Below, one piece after another: positions 8,535-17,483 of a stretch of DNA of 32,000 bases (position 1 is its first letter; the number at the start of each line of letters is the position of its first letter). The DNA is from Kineococcus radiotolerans SRS30216 = ATCC BAA-149 (GTDB taxonomy: Bacteria; Actinomycetota; Actinomycetes; Actinomycetales; Kineococcaceae), in contig NC_009664.2 in assembly GCF_000017305.1 (NCBI RefSeq), positions 1,710,001-1,742,000 on the forward strand. Direction: 5' to 3'. Under the pieces are notes generated by a model that was not told the origin of the DNA, made no database searches, and was given only the letters and a program-made list of their open reading frames with translations. Position numbers and translations under genes: made by a program.

Positions 8535-10109
8535 TCAGAAGAGGTCCCGGTACACCGCCGAGGAGTTCGACATGCGGGTGCCGTCGCCCAGCAGCCAGCG
8601 GCGGTTGTCGATGTCGACGTTGAACTGGACCTCGTAGGCCAGCTGACCCGCGCCGTTCCCGGCGTTGGCCTTGAAGAACTCGTGCATGCCCTGGATGAAG
8701 GCGGGCGAGTCGCCGTCGTCGGCGTTGCCCGACCACTCCGAGACCGACAGCGGCAGGCCCTGGCTGCGGGCGAACTCCAGGTGGGCGTTGATGCCCTTGG
8801 GCGCCCCGTAGCCGTCCTTCTCCCAGGACTGCTGCCGGAACTGGTCCAGCGTCGCCGCGTACGGCCAGTTGTTGTAGTAGTCGACGGAGAGGACGTCGAC
8901 GTGCTGCTTGCCGGGGAAGAACTGCCGCCAGTCCATGCCCGCCCCGTTGGTCTCCTTGTTCACGGAGAAGACGAGCTTGGCCTCGGGGAAGATCTCCCGC
9001 TGCAGGGCGCGGTAGCGCTTCCAGGACGTCATGAAGTCCTGGTGGTTGGCCTTGTTCACGCTCCAGGTGAACCAGTAGCCGTTCATCTCGTGCGCGAAGC
9101 GGATGTACATGGTGCCCTGGCGGTCGCCCCAGAGGGACTTCAGCTTGGTCAGCGACTGGCGCCAGCGCGCGTCGTAGCGGCCGCTGGCGGCCTGGGCCCA
9201 GGTCTCGCCGGCGTCGATGCCGCCGACGGCCATGTCCATCGAGCCGTTCCAGCTGCCGTACTCGGCGCCGTTCCACAGCGTGTAGAAGTTGGCGGAGTTG
9301 TCCGCGTTGCCGGCCCAGCTGGCGACGACGTCGAGCTTGCTGCCGCGCCAGGCTGCGAAGCGCCCGTCGGCCGCCCCGACGCCGGAGGAACCGGACTTCC
9401 ACGCGTGGCCGGAGGCGTTGGGGGTGCCCGGCTGCGGCGCGGTGGTGGCCGGCGGGGTCGTCACCGGCGGGGTCGTCACCGGCGGGGGCGTGGTCGGCGG
9501 GGTCGTGGTCGGCGGGGCGGTCACGACGGGCGTCGAGTTCGTCGGGCGCGGGGTGGGGGTCACGAGGGATCCGCCGTCGACCTTCCTCACCTGGATCGCG
9601 TCGACCTTGGCGTTGTTGCGGGTGGCGGAGAAGCCGAGGTCGAGGGAGCCGTCGGCGACGGAGACGGTGAACGTCTTGTCCAGACGGGTGTTGGGGCCCG
9701 CGGTGGCGTAGATGTCGAGGTCCTTGACGACCTGCCGGCCCTCGGCGGTGACCGAGAAGACCCGCGCGTTGCGGTAGGTGAAGAACGTCTCCGCCAGCTT
9801 CAGCGTGACCTCGTAGGTCCCGTTGCCCACCGGGGTGCGCCAGCCGGACATGCCCCAGCGCTCGGACTGGTACAGGGCGTCGTTGTCGGTGCCGCGGATG
9901 TCGACGAACCGGTCGGCGGTGACCTGGTAGCCGCCGATGAAGCCGGAGTCGGCGGACCAGGTGTTGCCCGTGCGGTCGACGAAGGGGGTCTTGGCGGTGC
10001 CGAACCGCAGGGTGCTGTCGGCGGCCTGGGCGGAGACCGGGACGACGACCGCCCCGGCGACGGCGGCGGCGGCGGTGCTGGTCAGGAGAAGGGTGGCAAG
10101 CTTGCTCAT
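8535..10109 (-). CDS. secreted malectin-domain / PT-linker / GH26-like glycoside hydrolase
   Basis: Signal peptide MSKLATLLLTSTAAAAVAGAVVVPVSAQA. Malectin pattern FVDRTGNTWSADSGFIGG...ALYQSERWG...GTYEVTLKLAETFF...RVFSV. Linker TPPTTTPPTTPPPVTTPPVTTPP. GH26 acid/base block IRFAHEMNGYWFTW and candidate nucleophile LSVSEWSG. Confidence 0.9.
   Translation of the reverse strand: MSKLATLLLTSTAAAAVAGAVVVPVSAQAADSTLRFGTAKTPFVDRTGNTWSADSGFIGGYQVTADRFVDIRGTDNDALYQSERWGMSGWRTPVGNGTYEVTLKLAETFFTYRNARVFSVTAEGRQVVKDLDIYATAGPNTRLDKTFTVSVADGSLDLGFSATRNNAKVDAIQVRKVDGGSLVTPTPRPTNSTPVVTAPPTTTPPTTPPPVTTPPVTTPPATTAPQPGTPNASGHAWKSGSSGVGAADGRFAAWRGSKLDVVASWAGNADNSANFYTLWNGAEYGSWNGSMDMAVGGIDAGETWAQAASGRYDARWRQSLTKLKSLWGDRQGTMYIRFAHEMNGYWFTWSVNKANHQDFMTSWKRYRALQREIFPEAKLVFSVNKETNGAGMDWRQFFPGKQHVDVLSVDYYNNWPYAATLDQFRQQSWEKDGYGAPKGINAHLEFARSQGLPLSVSEWSGNADDGDSPAFIQGMHEFFKANAGNGAGQLAYEVQFNVDIDNRRWLLGDGTRMSNSSAVYRDLF
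9451..9525 (-). repeat. 5 tandem copies of a 15-bp unit encoding the Pro/Thr linker
   Basis: ggcggggtcgtcacc occurs twice perfectly (9451-9480), followed by three degenerate copies. The repeat is in-frame coding (PPVTT repeats). Confidence 0.8.
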
Positions 10110-10271
10110 GGGGGGTGGATCAACCTCGCTGTGCTCAGGGCACCGTCCGCCGAAGGTGGCGGACGGACCGGTACGGCCCGTTGGGGTGACGCTCCGTACA
10201 TCGGCAGCTACCCACTGCTCCTTGAGGGGGAATCTCGTCTTTTCTCCTCAGCCCGGGGACCCGTCGTGCCG

Positions 10272-11168
10272 ATGAGCACCCCCACCGTGATCGCGGGGCG
10301 CCGGGAACCGCGCCCGGAGGCTCCCGATCGCTACCATCGGTGGGTGAGACTTCACGTCGTCTACCGCTCCCACGGCGGGGAGAACAGCAAGGGGCGCCCC
10401 CCCTGGTACAGCAAGCGGGTGGGGCTGGAGTCCTTCTGCCGGGCGGTGGCCGCGGTGCGCTCGCAGCGCCCGGCGGCGGACGTCGAGGTGGTCTTCCTCA
10501 ACGACGGGCCGATCCCGGCCGACCGCGTGGAGCTCATGCGGGCCTGGGGCGACCCGGTGGGGATCGTCGGGGGCTCCAACCGGCGCAGCTACCTCGCCGC
10601 GCTGGCCCTGCCCCGGCGCCGCTCCTGGGCCGCCGACGACGTCCTGCTGCTGGCCGAGGACGACTACCTGTGGCGGCCCGAGGCCCTGGTGGCCCTCGTG
10701 GACGCGGTGACGGACCCCGCCCACGCCGGGGCCGACTACTTCGCCCCCTACGGGGAGGCGGTGGAGGACACCGGTGCCCCGGTCCGCTGGTCGCCGGTGG
10801 TGAGCACGACCAGCACCTTCGCGGCCCGGGTCGGGGCGCTGCGCGAGGACGAGCGGCTGCTGGTGCTGTGCGCCCTCTCGGGCGGGGACTTCGACTACGC
10901 GAGCTGCCTGACGCTGCAGGGCCGGCGCCGCTTCGCGCTGCGCGAGCTCGTCGAGCACCACGCCCCGCCCGAGGGCACCGCGGCCTGGAGGTCGGCCCTG
11001 CGGCGCGGGTACCTGTTCGGGATGCGCGCGGCCGTGGACCTGCGCTCCCTGCGCCGGCCCTCCCGCCGCCGGGTGCTGCTGGGCGCCGCACCGGCGCTGG
11101 CGACGCACATGGAGCTCGGGTGGATCGCGCCCGGGCCGTGGGAGGAGATCGCCACGGCCGCCGGCTGA
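10272..11168 (+). CDS. hypothetical protein, possible GT-A-like nucleotide-sugar transferase
   Basis: This is the C-terminal 298 aa of the 828-aa track ORF, which is otherwise antisense to the hydrolase. ATG 10272. VRLHVVYRSHGGENSKGRPPWYSK, VVFLNDGPIP and LLLAEDDYLW (a DxD-like acidic pair after a beta-strand). High GC3. Confidence 0.6.
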   Translation: MSTPTVIAGRREPRPEAPDRYHRWVRLHVVYRSHGGENSKGRPPWYSKRVGLESFCRAVAAVRSQRPAADVEVVFLNDGPIPADRVELMRAWGDPVGIVGGSNRRSYLAALALPRRRSWAADDVLLLAEDDYLWRPEALVALVDAVTDPAHAGADYFAPYGEAVEDTGAPVRWSPVVSTTSTFAARVGALREDERLLVLCALSGGDFDYASCLTLQGRRRFALRELVEHHAPPEGTAAWRSALRRGYLFGMRAAVDLRSLRRPSRRRVLLGAAPALATHMELGWIAPGPWEEIATAAG

Positions 11169-11191
11169 GCGGCACCGCGGCACGACGCGCA

Positions 11192-11232
11192 GAGGGCCCG
11201 GTCCCACCTCCGCGAGGTGGGGCCGGGCCCTC
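11192..11232. terminator. bidirectional stem-loop between convergent genes
   Basis: gagggcccggtcccacctc / gaggtggggccgggccctc forms about 19 bp with one G-U and a 3-nt loop. It lies between stops at 11168 (+) and 11248 (-). Confidence 0.6.
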
Positions 11233-11247
11233 GGCGCGCGCGGGGCG

Positions 11248-12699
11248 TCAGCCGCGGTGGCCGGAGACCTCGGGGGTCTGGGCGGGCGGCTGGGCGACGG
11301 GGCGCTGGCGCAGCGGCTCGCCGCGCTCCCCGGAGGCGGGGGTGCCGTTGCTGGTGTCGCCCACGACGACCTGCGCGACGACGGAGGGGGCCGCGATCGA
11401 GAGCTGGGCCAGGGTCCGGCTGACGACCTCCGCGCGCGGCTCGGCCTCGATCTGGACGAGCACCGCGTCGACCTCACCGGCGACGGCGAACGCCACCGGG
11501 GAGTTCACGACGGACCCGCCGACGAAGATCACCAGGTAGCCGGCCTCGACGAGGTGGCGGACGCCGGCGCCCACGACGTGCGGCTGCAGCGAGCGCGCCT
11601 CCAGCGGCAGGACGCCGACGACGGCCCCGCCCCCGATGACCCAGGGGTGGATCTCCTCGCTCCAGCGGCGCTCGGGCAGGATGCGCTGCTCCGCGCCGGC
11701 CACGGGCGCCCCGAAGGCGGCGAGGCGGCTGCCGTCCTCGTCGGCGTCGACCAGGACGACCCGGCGGCCGGAGCGGGCCGCGGCGGCGGCCAGGCCCGTC
11801 GCGAGCGCCCCCGCGTTCCCGGTGGCGGCGGTCACCAGCACGCTGGAGACCTCCAGCCGCGGGGTGCGCAGGTGGCCCAGGTGCTGGAGGCCGACGAGGA
11901 CGATGCCGGCGTTGCGCGACTCCACGGAGTTCTGGTCCCCGATGCCGCGCCCGCGCGGGGCGGAGGTCCACCGGCCGAGCTCGGCGACGTCCTCCAGGGG
12001 CGGGGAGTCCACCCGCTGGTTCAGGTGGGCCCGCCAGGCCACGGCCCCGGAGGCGGCGAGCAGGCCGACCAGGCCGGCGAGCACGGCGATCTGCCACGCG
12101 TAGGGCGGGGACGCGACGGTGGGCACCGGGGCGGCGTCGAGCACCGAGATGCCGTTGCCGTAGGCGCTGGCGTTGAGGTTGACGGTCTGCTGCTGGTCGG
12201 TGTCGGACCCCACGGCGGCCAGCGCCGCGGTGGTGGCCTGCTGCACCTTCTGCGTGTTCACCGTCTGGTAGGCGGTGGCGACGGCGTCGGCGATGGTGGC
12301 CGCGTCCTGCGGGTCCTCGGCGGCGGCGGTGACGGTGATCTGGTTCGACTCGTCGACGGCCACGATCTCGAGGCCGTCGCGGAACGTGGGACGCAGGTCC
12401 ACCGGCAGGGTGGACTCCGCGACGGCCAGGACGGTCTCCGAACCGGCGACCGCGGCCTGCAGGGTCGCCCACTTCGTGGGGTCACCCAGCGAGGAGGCGT
12501 TCGACGTCGTCGGGTCGTAGGGGCGGTCCTTGGACAGCGTGATGGTCGACGTCGTCGCGTAGGACGGGGTCAGCAGCTGCGAGGGCAGGACGTAGCCCAG
12601 GACCGCCATGAGGACGGCGACCGCCAGGATCTTCCACCGCTGACGGCTGATGGCGCCCCACGCACCAGAACCGTTCCGGACGTGCGAGCTCGTTGTCAC
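11248..12699 (-). CDS. polysaccharide co-polymerase (Wzz/PCP-2-like) fused to a degenerate BY-kinase-like P-loop domain
   Basis: GTG start with GGGAAGGGA upstream. TM1 WKILAVAVLMAVLGYVL, a roughly 170-aa extracytoplasmic segment, then TM2 WQIAVLAGLVGLLAASGAVAW. The C-terminal domain is colinear with MinD/BY-kinase ATPases, but Walker A reads TAATGNAGA and Walker B reads LVIFVGGS. Confidence 0.75.
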   Translation of the reverse strand: MTTSSHVRNGSGAWGAISRQRWKILAVAVLMAVLGYVLPSQLLTPSYATTSTITLSKDRPYDPTTSNASSLGDPTKWATLQAAVAGSETVLAVAESTLPVDLRPTFRDGLEIVAVDESNQITVTAAAEDPQDAATIADAVATAYQTVNTQKVQQATTAALAAVGSDTDQQQTVNLNASAYGNGISVLDAAPVPTVASPPYAWQIAVLAGLVGLLAASGAVAWRAHLNQRVDSPPLEDVAELGRWTSAPRGRGIGDQNSVESRNAGIVLVGLQHLGHLRTPRLEVSSVLVTAATGNAGALATGLAAAAARSGRRVVLVDADEDGSRLAAFGAPVAGAEQRILPERRWSEEIHPWVIGGGAVVGVLPLEARSLQPHVVGAGVRHLVEAGYLVIFVGGSVVNSPVAFAVAGEVDAVLVQIEAEPRAEVVSRTLAQLSIAAPSVVAQVVVGDTSNGTPASGERGEPLRQRPVAQPPAQTPEVSGHRG

Positions 12700-13079
12700 C
12701 GACTACCAGTCCCTTCCCTGACGTGGCGCAAGGACTGCGCCCCCCCTCTTCGCAGCGGGCCGGTTCCCCCGGCCCCCCCACCGTCCGTGACGCGTTGCTC
12801 TGCGCCACTCACGTCGTGTGATCGAACGCACGACCACTGCTGCGGCGCCACTATCGCACCTCGAACGGGTGCCCGTGGGGCCTCGTCACGCAGGCGGCCG
12901 AACGGGGGTGAGGGCGCTGCTGCGAACGTGTGAAGTTGTCACGGAGAGCCCGCCCACCGGAGCGGGAACCGACCCGGGCGGCCTCCTCGCGACCCTCCCG
13001 GCACCTAGCATGAGGCACCGCGGGGGGACCGCGACGGCCTGCGTCGGGGGGCGCGCCGGACGAACGGAAGGAACGACGC

Positions 13080-14546
13080 GTGAGCGAGGCGCTGCAGCGC
13101 AGGACGGGTCTGCGGCCGGCGGCACCCACGGTGCGACCGGCCGGGCCGGGGGTTCCGCGACCGGCGGCCACGGGCGCACCGCGCGGCGCGGCTCCCGCCG
13201 GGGGACCCGGGACGCCGGACCACCACGAGGACCGGGCGCACCGGCGCACCACGAGCACCGCCGACGCCCGCGTCATGGTCGCGATGACCGTCGTGATCGT
13301 CTCCCTCACCGTCGTGCAGCGCCTGGCGCTGCCGCTGGGCTCCCCGGTGCCGGTGACGATCCCGATCGTCGCGGCTGCGCTGGGTTACCTGGCCTACCAC
13401 GGCCTGCTGCGCGAGGACGGGGCCTCGGTCCGCACCTACCTGCTGGCGATGGGGACGCTGTCGGTGTTCGCGCTCGTCGACATCGCCTGGCGCGGAACGG
13501 GTTCGCTGACCTCGCTGCTGCTGCTGGTCGTCACCTGGGCCGCGTTGTGCTTCCGGGTGGATGAACGCCGGCGGCACCTGTTCCCCCGGGTCCAGCAGCG
13601 GTTCGAGACCTTCATGCTCGTCTTCGCCGTCCTCGGCATCGTGCAGATGCTCGCGCAGTTCAGCGGTGCCTGGTCCTACACGGACTACGTCCGCGAGATC
13701 GTGCCCCCCGACCTCGTCTTCCAGGGCTACAACACCTCCTACCCGATCGAGTACGGCTCGCCGGTCATCAAGGCGAACGCGTTCGTCTTCGTGGAACCGT
13801 CGGTGTTCTCGCAGTTCCTGGCCCTGGCCCTGCTCTCGACCCTCAGCCGGGGCCGGCAGCTGTGGCGGGTCGCGGTGTTCGGCGTCGCCCTGGTGTGCAC
13901 GGTGACGGGCACCGGTTTCATGGTCCTGGGTTTCGGCCTGCTCGTCCTGGCCGTCCGCCGCGGCGGGCTGTGGGCGGCGCGGGCCGCGGTCGTCCTCGCG
14001 GTGGGCGTGGTCGCGGCGCTGCTGAGCCCCATCGGGCCGATCCTCCTCAGCCGCACCGGTGAGGCCGGGCAGTCCAACTCCAGCGGCAGCCTGCGCTTCG
14101 TGCAGCCCTACGAGTACTTGCTCCAGCGCTGGTCCGACGACCCGTGGTCGCTGCTGACCGGGCTCGGGCCGGGCATGGCCGACCGGATCTCCGACGCGAT
14201 CTTCGCGCGGTCGGGGTTGCCGATCAGCTTCGCCGGCGGGGCGAAGATGGTCCTGGAGTACGGCCTGCCCGCCTCCGTCCTCGTGGGGGCGCTGCTGTAC
14301 GTGGCCGTCGTCCGCCGTTCCCCGGCGCCCGCCGTGGCGCTGGCGGCCGTGTTCCTCAACGCGGTGACCTCCTCCAGCTTCCTGGCCGCCAACATCTTCT
14401 ACGTGGTGCTGCCGATGGCGGTGCTCTTCGCCGGGCGCACCGCGGCGGTCCCCGCCCCCTCCCCCGCGGACCGGCCGGGGTTCGGCACCGCGCCGTCGAT
14501 CCCCTGGACGGTCGTCCCCACCTCCCCGACTGGAGCCACCCGATGA
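13080..14546 (+). CDS. Wzy-type polymerase / O-antigen-ligase-like polytopic membrane protein
   Basis: About 10 hydrophobic segments with a large loop ([26 protein letters not shown]). GTG 13080 has GGAAGGAA 6-13 nt upstream. The alternative start ATG 13275 would drop a Pro/Gly/Arg-rich tail. Confidence 0.7.
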   Translation: MSEALQRRTGLRPAAPTVRPAGPGVPRPAATGAPRGAAPAGGPGTPDHHEDRAHRRTTSTADARVMVAMTVVIVSLTVVQRLALPLGSPVPVTIPIVAAALGYLAYHGLLREDGASVRTYLLAMGTLSVFALVDIAWRGTGSLTSLLLLVVTWAALCFRVDERRRHLFPRVQQRFETFMLVFAVLGIVQMLAQFSGAWSYTDYVREIVPPDLVFQGYNTSYPIEYGSPVIKANAFVFVEPSVFSQFLALALLSTLSRGRQLWRVAVFGVALVCTVTGTGFMVLGFGLLVLAVRRGGLWAARAAVVLAVGVVAALLSPIGPILLSRTGEAGQSNSSGSLRFVQPYEYLLQRWSDDPWSLLTGLGPGMADRISDAIFARSGLPISFAGGAKMVLEYGLPASVLVGALLYVAVVRRSPAPAVALAAVFLNAVTSSSFLAANIFYVVLPMAVLFAGRTAAVPAPSPADRPGFGTAPSIPWTVVPTSPTGATR

Positions 14547-15157
14547 GCAGACCCCGCCCCGCCGGCCCGCTGTCCGCGCTGCGCCGCGACCTGGAGCACA
14601 TGGTCGGCCCCGAGGGCCGCTCGACCGCGCAGTGGCTGCCCGAGGTCGCCGCCCGCGTCGCGCTGGTGCCGCGGGTGCGCGCCGTGGTGCTGCTGCGGCT
14701 GGCCCAGCAGGTCGCGCCGCGGGCGGTCCCGCTGGCCCACGCGCTGCAGGCCCGGGCCCTGCGCGGGTCGGGGGCGGAGATCAGCCCCTTCGCCACGATC
14801 GGCGAGGGGCTGTGCGTCATGCACTCCGCCGGGATCGTCGTGGGACCCGACGTCGTCGTCGGCCGCGGCCTGCGCATCTACCAGAACGTCACCCTCGGCG
14901 ACGGGTCCCGGCCGGGTCAGCCCCGCATCGGCGACGACGTCACCATCGGCGCCGGCGCGTGCGTGCTGGGCGGGGTGACCGTCGGGGACCGCGCCGTCAT
15001 CGGCGCCAACGCGGTGGTCACCCGCGACGTCCCGGCGGACTCGGTGGCCACCGGGGCGCCGGCGACGTCGCGACCGCGCCGGCCCGGGTCGGACCCGCGC
15101 CTGGACGAGCTGGCGGCGCGGGCCGCCGCCGGGACCGCGACCGCCCCCGCGGTCTGA
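14543..15157 (+). CDS. hexapeptide-repeat O-acetyltransferase (serine acetyltransferase / WcaB-like)
   Basis: ATG 14543 overlaps the Wzy stop (ATGA). Left-handed beta-helix repeats [34 protein letters not shown]...[31 protein letters not shown]. Confidence 0.85.
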   Translation: MSRPRPAGPLSALRRDLEHMVGPEGRSTAQWLPEVAARVALVPRVRAVVLLRLAQQVAPRAVPLAHALQARALRGSGAEISPFATIGEGLCVMHSAGIVVGPDVVVGRGLRIYQNVTLGDGSRPGQPRIGDDVTIGAGACVLGGVTVGDRAVIGANAVVTRDVPADSVATGAPATSRPRRPGSDPRLDELAARAAAGTATAPAV

Positions 15158-15164
15158 GACCGCC

Positions 15165-15219
15165 CCGCACGCGACGGAGCCCGCCCCCCTCGTCGGGGGG
15201 CGGGCTCCGGTGCGTGCGG
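15165..15219. terminator. long bidirectional stem-loop between convergent genes
   Basis: The inner stem 15175-15189 / 15195-15209 has 15 perfect bp (cggagcccgcccccc / ggggggcgggctccg) with a 5-nt loop. The outer stem is 8 bp, ccgcacgc / gcgtgcgg. Confidence 0.65.
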
Positions 15220-15248
15220 GGCGCGTGCGGGTGTCCGCGGGGGCGGGC

Positions 15249-16118
15249 TCAGGCGCTGGCGCGCACGACCGGTCGCCGGACCCCGGTCGCGCCGAGGACG
15301 CGGCTGAGGCCGTAGCGGGCCCGCACCAGACCCCGGGGGCGGGGGCGGACCCGGTGCAGCGCCTCGGCCCGCTCGGCCAGGTCCAGGCCGCGCGTGGCCT
15401 CCAGCGTCCGGAGCAGGTCCTCGCGCGCGGGGTGGCGGACCTCGGTCCGCCAGTAGTGGTAGACGACGTCGATGGCCTCCCGGACCTCCAGGGAACGCTC
15501 CAGGACGGCCCCGAGGGTGAACTGCTCCAGGGTGTGCACGCGCAGGCCGGCGGGCTGGAGCTGGTCCAGCAGGTGCAGCGCCTCGTGGACGAGCTCGACG
15601 TGCTCGCCGGTCAGGCCGATGACGCCGGAGTTCCAGGAGCGCGGGTCGGCGGAGAAGTCGTAGGGCCGGCCGGCGCGGTCGGTGAACCGGCCCGCGCGCA
15701 GGTGCTCGGCGAGTTCGCGGTTGTAGTCCAGGCCCGAGGTCAGGAGGTGGTTCTCCGCGACGTGCATCAGGCCGTGGCGGGCGTCGACGCGCTCGAACAG
15801 CTCCCCCGCCGGGCGGTGGAACCAGGTGTCGCCGTCGACGAAGACGACCCGCCCGGTGGTGGACCGCAGCGCCGCGGCGACCGCCTCCAGCTTGCGCCGG
15901 TGGGTGTAGCCGTCCGGTCCGCTCCAGCGCGCCAGCAGTTCCTCGTCGAGGACGACGGTGCGCACCGGCAGGTGGGCGAACCGCTGGGGCGCGTCGGTGT
16001 AGACCACCACCTCGTGCCGGGGCTGCGGTTCGAGGCGGAACGCGGAGACGATGGAGAACTCCGTCTCCGCGACGATCGGGCCGCTGCCGTAGCAGAGGTA
16101 GACGAGCTGGTCCTTCAC
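15249..16118 (-). CDS. hypothetical protein, probable GT-A (GT8-like) glycosyltransferase
   Basis: GTG start with GGGGGAA upstream. LVYLCYGSG...VVVYTD, RVVFVDGDTWF (DxD), WNSGVIG. 289 aa. Confidence 0.6.
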   Translation of the reverse strand: MKDQLVYLCYGSGPIVAETEFSIVSAFRLEPQPRHEVVVYTDAPQRFAHLPVRTVVLDEELLARWSGPDGYTHRRKLEAVAAALRSTTGRVVFVDGDTWFHRPAGELFERVDARHGLMHVAENHLLTSGLDYNRELAEHLRAGRFTDRAGRPYDFSADPRSWNSGVIGLTGEHVELVHEALHLLDQLQPAGLRVHTLEQFTLGAVLERSLEVREAIDVVYHYWRTEVRHPAREDLLRTLEATRGLDLAERAEALHRVRPRPRGLVRARYGLSRVLGATGVRRPVVRASA

Positions 16119-16151
16119 GGTTCCCCCAGGGTGTCGAACGGCGGCGTGCGG

Positions 16152-17483
16152 TCAGGCGACCGGCACGGCCACGTCGCCGTCGGGGTCGCGTTCGGCGACC
16201 TGGGCGGCGATGGCCTTGCGCAGCGAGATCCACCAGAACGGGACGACGGCCCAGAACGCGACGGCGATGGCCCACGCGGCACCCTGCAGGCCCCACAGGT
16301 GGGCGAAGGTGACGGGGAGGACGACGACGAGGGCGGCGAGCACGACGTGCACCCGCAGGGTGTCCTTGGCCCGGCCCATGGCGTACAGCATCGTCGTGGG
16401 ACCGCCGGCCATCGAGGTCCCGGCCTGGCCCACGATGAGGGCCAGGAGGACCACCTGCGTACCCGCCCAGCTGTCGCGCAGGATGGTCTCGCCGAAGGCG
16501 TCGGGCAGCAGCAGGAACATCGAGCCCCACACGACGCCCGCCACCAGGACGATGCCGCCGAGGCCCGCGGCCCCGAGGTACCACTGGCGGGAGGTGAGCT
16601 GGTGCTTGCGCCGGGCGAACTCCGGCACGGCGAACGAGCTGATGCCCGCGCCGAGGATCGCCACGGGCGCGGTCAGGAGGTTCCCCCCGCGCATGGAACC
16701 GGCCGCGGCCTCGCCGAGGACGAGCGCGACGAGGATCGTGGCGAACTGGTTCCCGCCCTGCAGCACCACGAACTCGGGGACGAGGTACCGGGTCAGCGAC
16801 CACTGCTCGCGCAGCCACTTCCAGGCCAGACGCGGTGCGGGCCAGTGCTTCGAGAGCGCCACCCCGACGAAGGAGGCCGCGAACGCCGCCCCGCCCCAGC
16901 CGAGGATGTAGGCGACCGGGGAGTGCTGGTCGGCCAGCAGCAGCGCGACGACGGCCGCGACCTGCAGGAGCCCCCACACCGCGTCGAGCAGCGTCGCCGC
17001 CGCCGGGCGCAACCGGGCGAACAGCACCTGGCGCCACGCGTCCTGGACGAGGAGCCCGGGCAGGACGACGGCGAGGGCGAGGAGGCTGTGCTCGATGGTG
17101 CGGCTCAGCGGCAGGACCAGCGCGCCGGCCACGATGACCAGCGAGGCGAGGACGCCGGCGATCACCGTGGTGCCCACGGCCGCGGACGCGCCGCGCCGGA
17201 ACTCGGCGTCGCCGGCGGAGGCGAGGCGGATCGCGACCGGGCTGGTGGCGCCGGCGCGGAACAGGCCGATCGCCACGGAGAAGACGGCGAAGGAGATCGC
17301 GAACGCGCCGAACTCGCCGCTGCTGGCGAACTGCGCGATGACGAGCTGGACGAGGAAGTTGTTCCCGCTGGAGACGACCTGGTCGGCGATGTTCCACAGG
17401 CCGCGCGTCATCCCCGAGGACTTCGCGCTCCGCAAGCGTCCCCTCACACCACCCGGCACGTCCGCCAGCTTACCGGCCGTCAC
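16152..17483 (-). CDS. Wzx-type polysaccharide flippase (MOP superfamily)
   Basis: About 12-14 TM segments with a typical N-terminus LWNIADQVVSSGNNFLVQLVIAQF. GTG 17483 overlaps the upstream stop (GTGA). The alternative start is ATG 17411. Confidence 0.85.
   Translation of the reverse strand: MTAGKLADVPGGVRGRLRSAKSSGMTRGLWNIADQVVSSGNNFLVQLVIAQFASSGEFGAFAISFAVFSVAIGLFRAGATSPVAIRLASAGDAEFRRGASAAVGTTVIAGVLASLVIVAGALVLPLSRTIEHSLLALAVVLPGLLVQDAWRQVLFARLRPAAATLLDAVWGLLQVAAVVALLLADQHSPVAYILGWGGAAFAASFVGVALSKHWPAPRLAWKWLREQWSLTRYLVPEFVVLQGGNQFATILVALVLGEAAAGSMRGGNLLTAPVAILGAGISSFAVPEFARRKHQLTSRQWYLGAAGLGGIVLVAGVVWGSMFLLLPDAFGETILRDSWAGTQVVLLALIVGQAGTSMAGGPTTMLYAMGRAKDTLRVHVVLAALVVVLPVTFAHLWGLQGAAWAIAVAFWAVVPFWWISLRKAIAAQVAERDPDGDVAVPVA

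Noticed and set aside
9451-9525. 15-bp tandem repeats as a possible CRISPR array or VNTR
   Set aside because: There are no spacers. The repeats are in-frame and encode the Pro/Thr linker of the malectin-GH26 protein.
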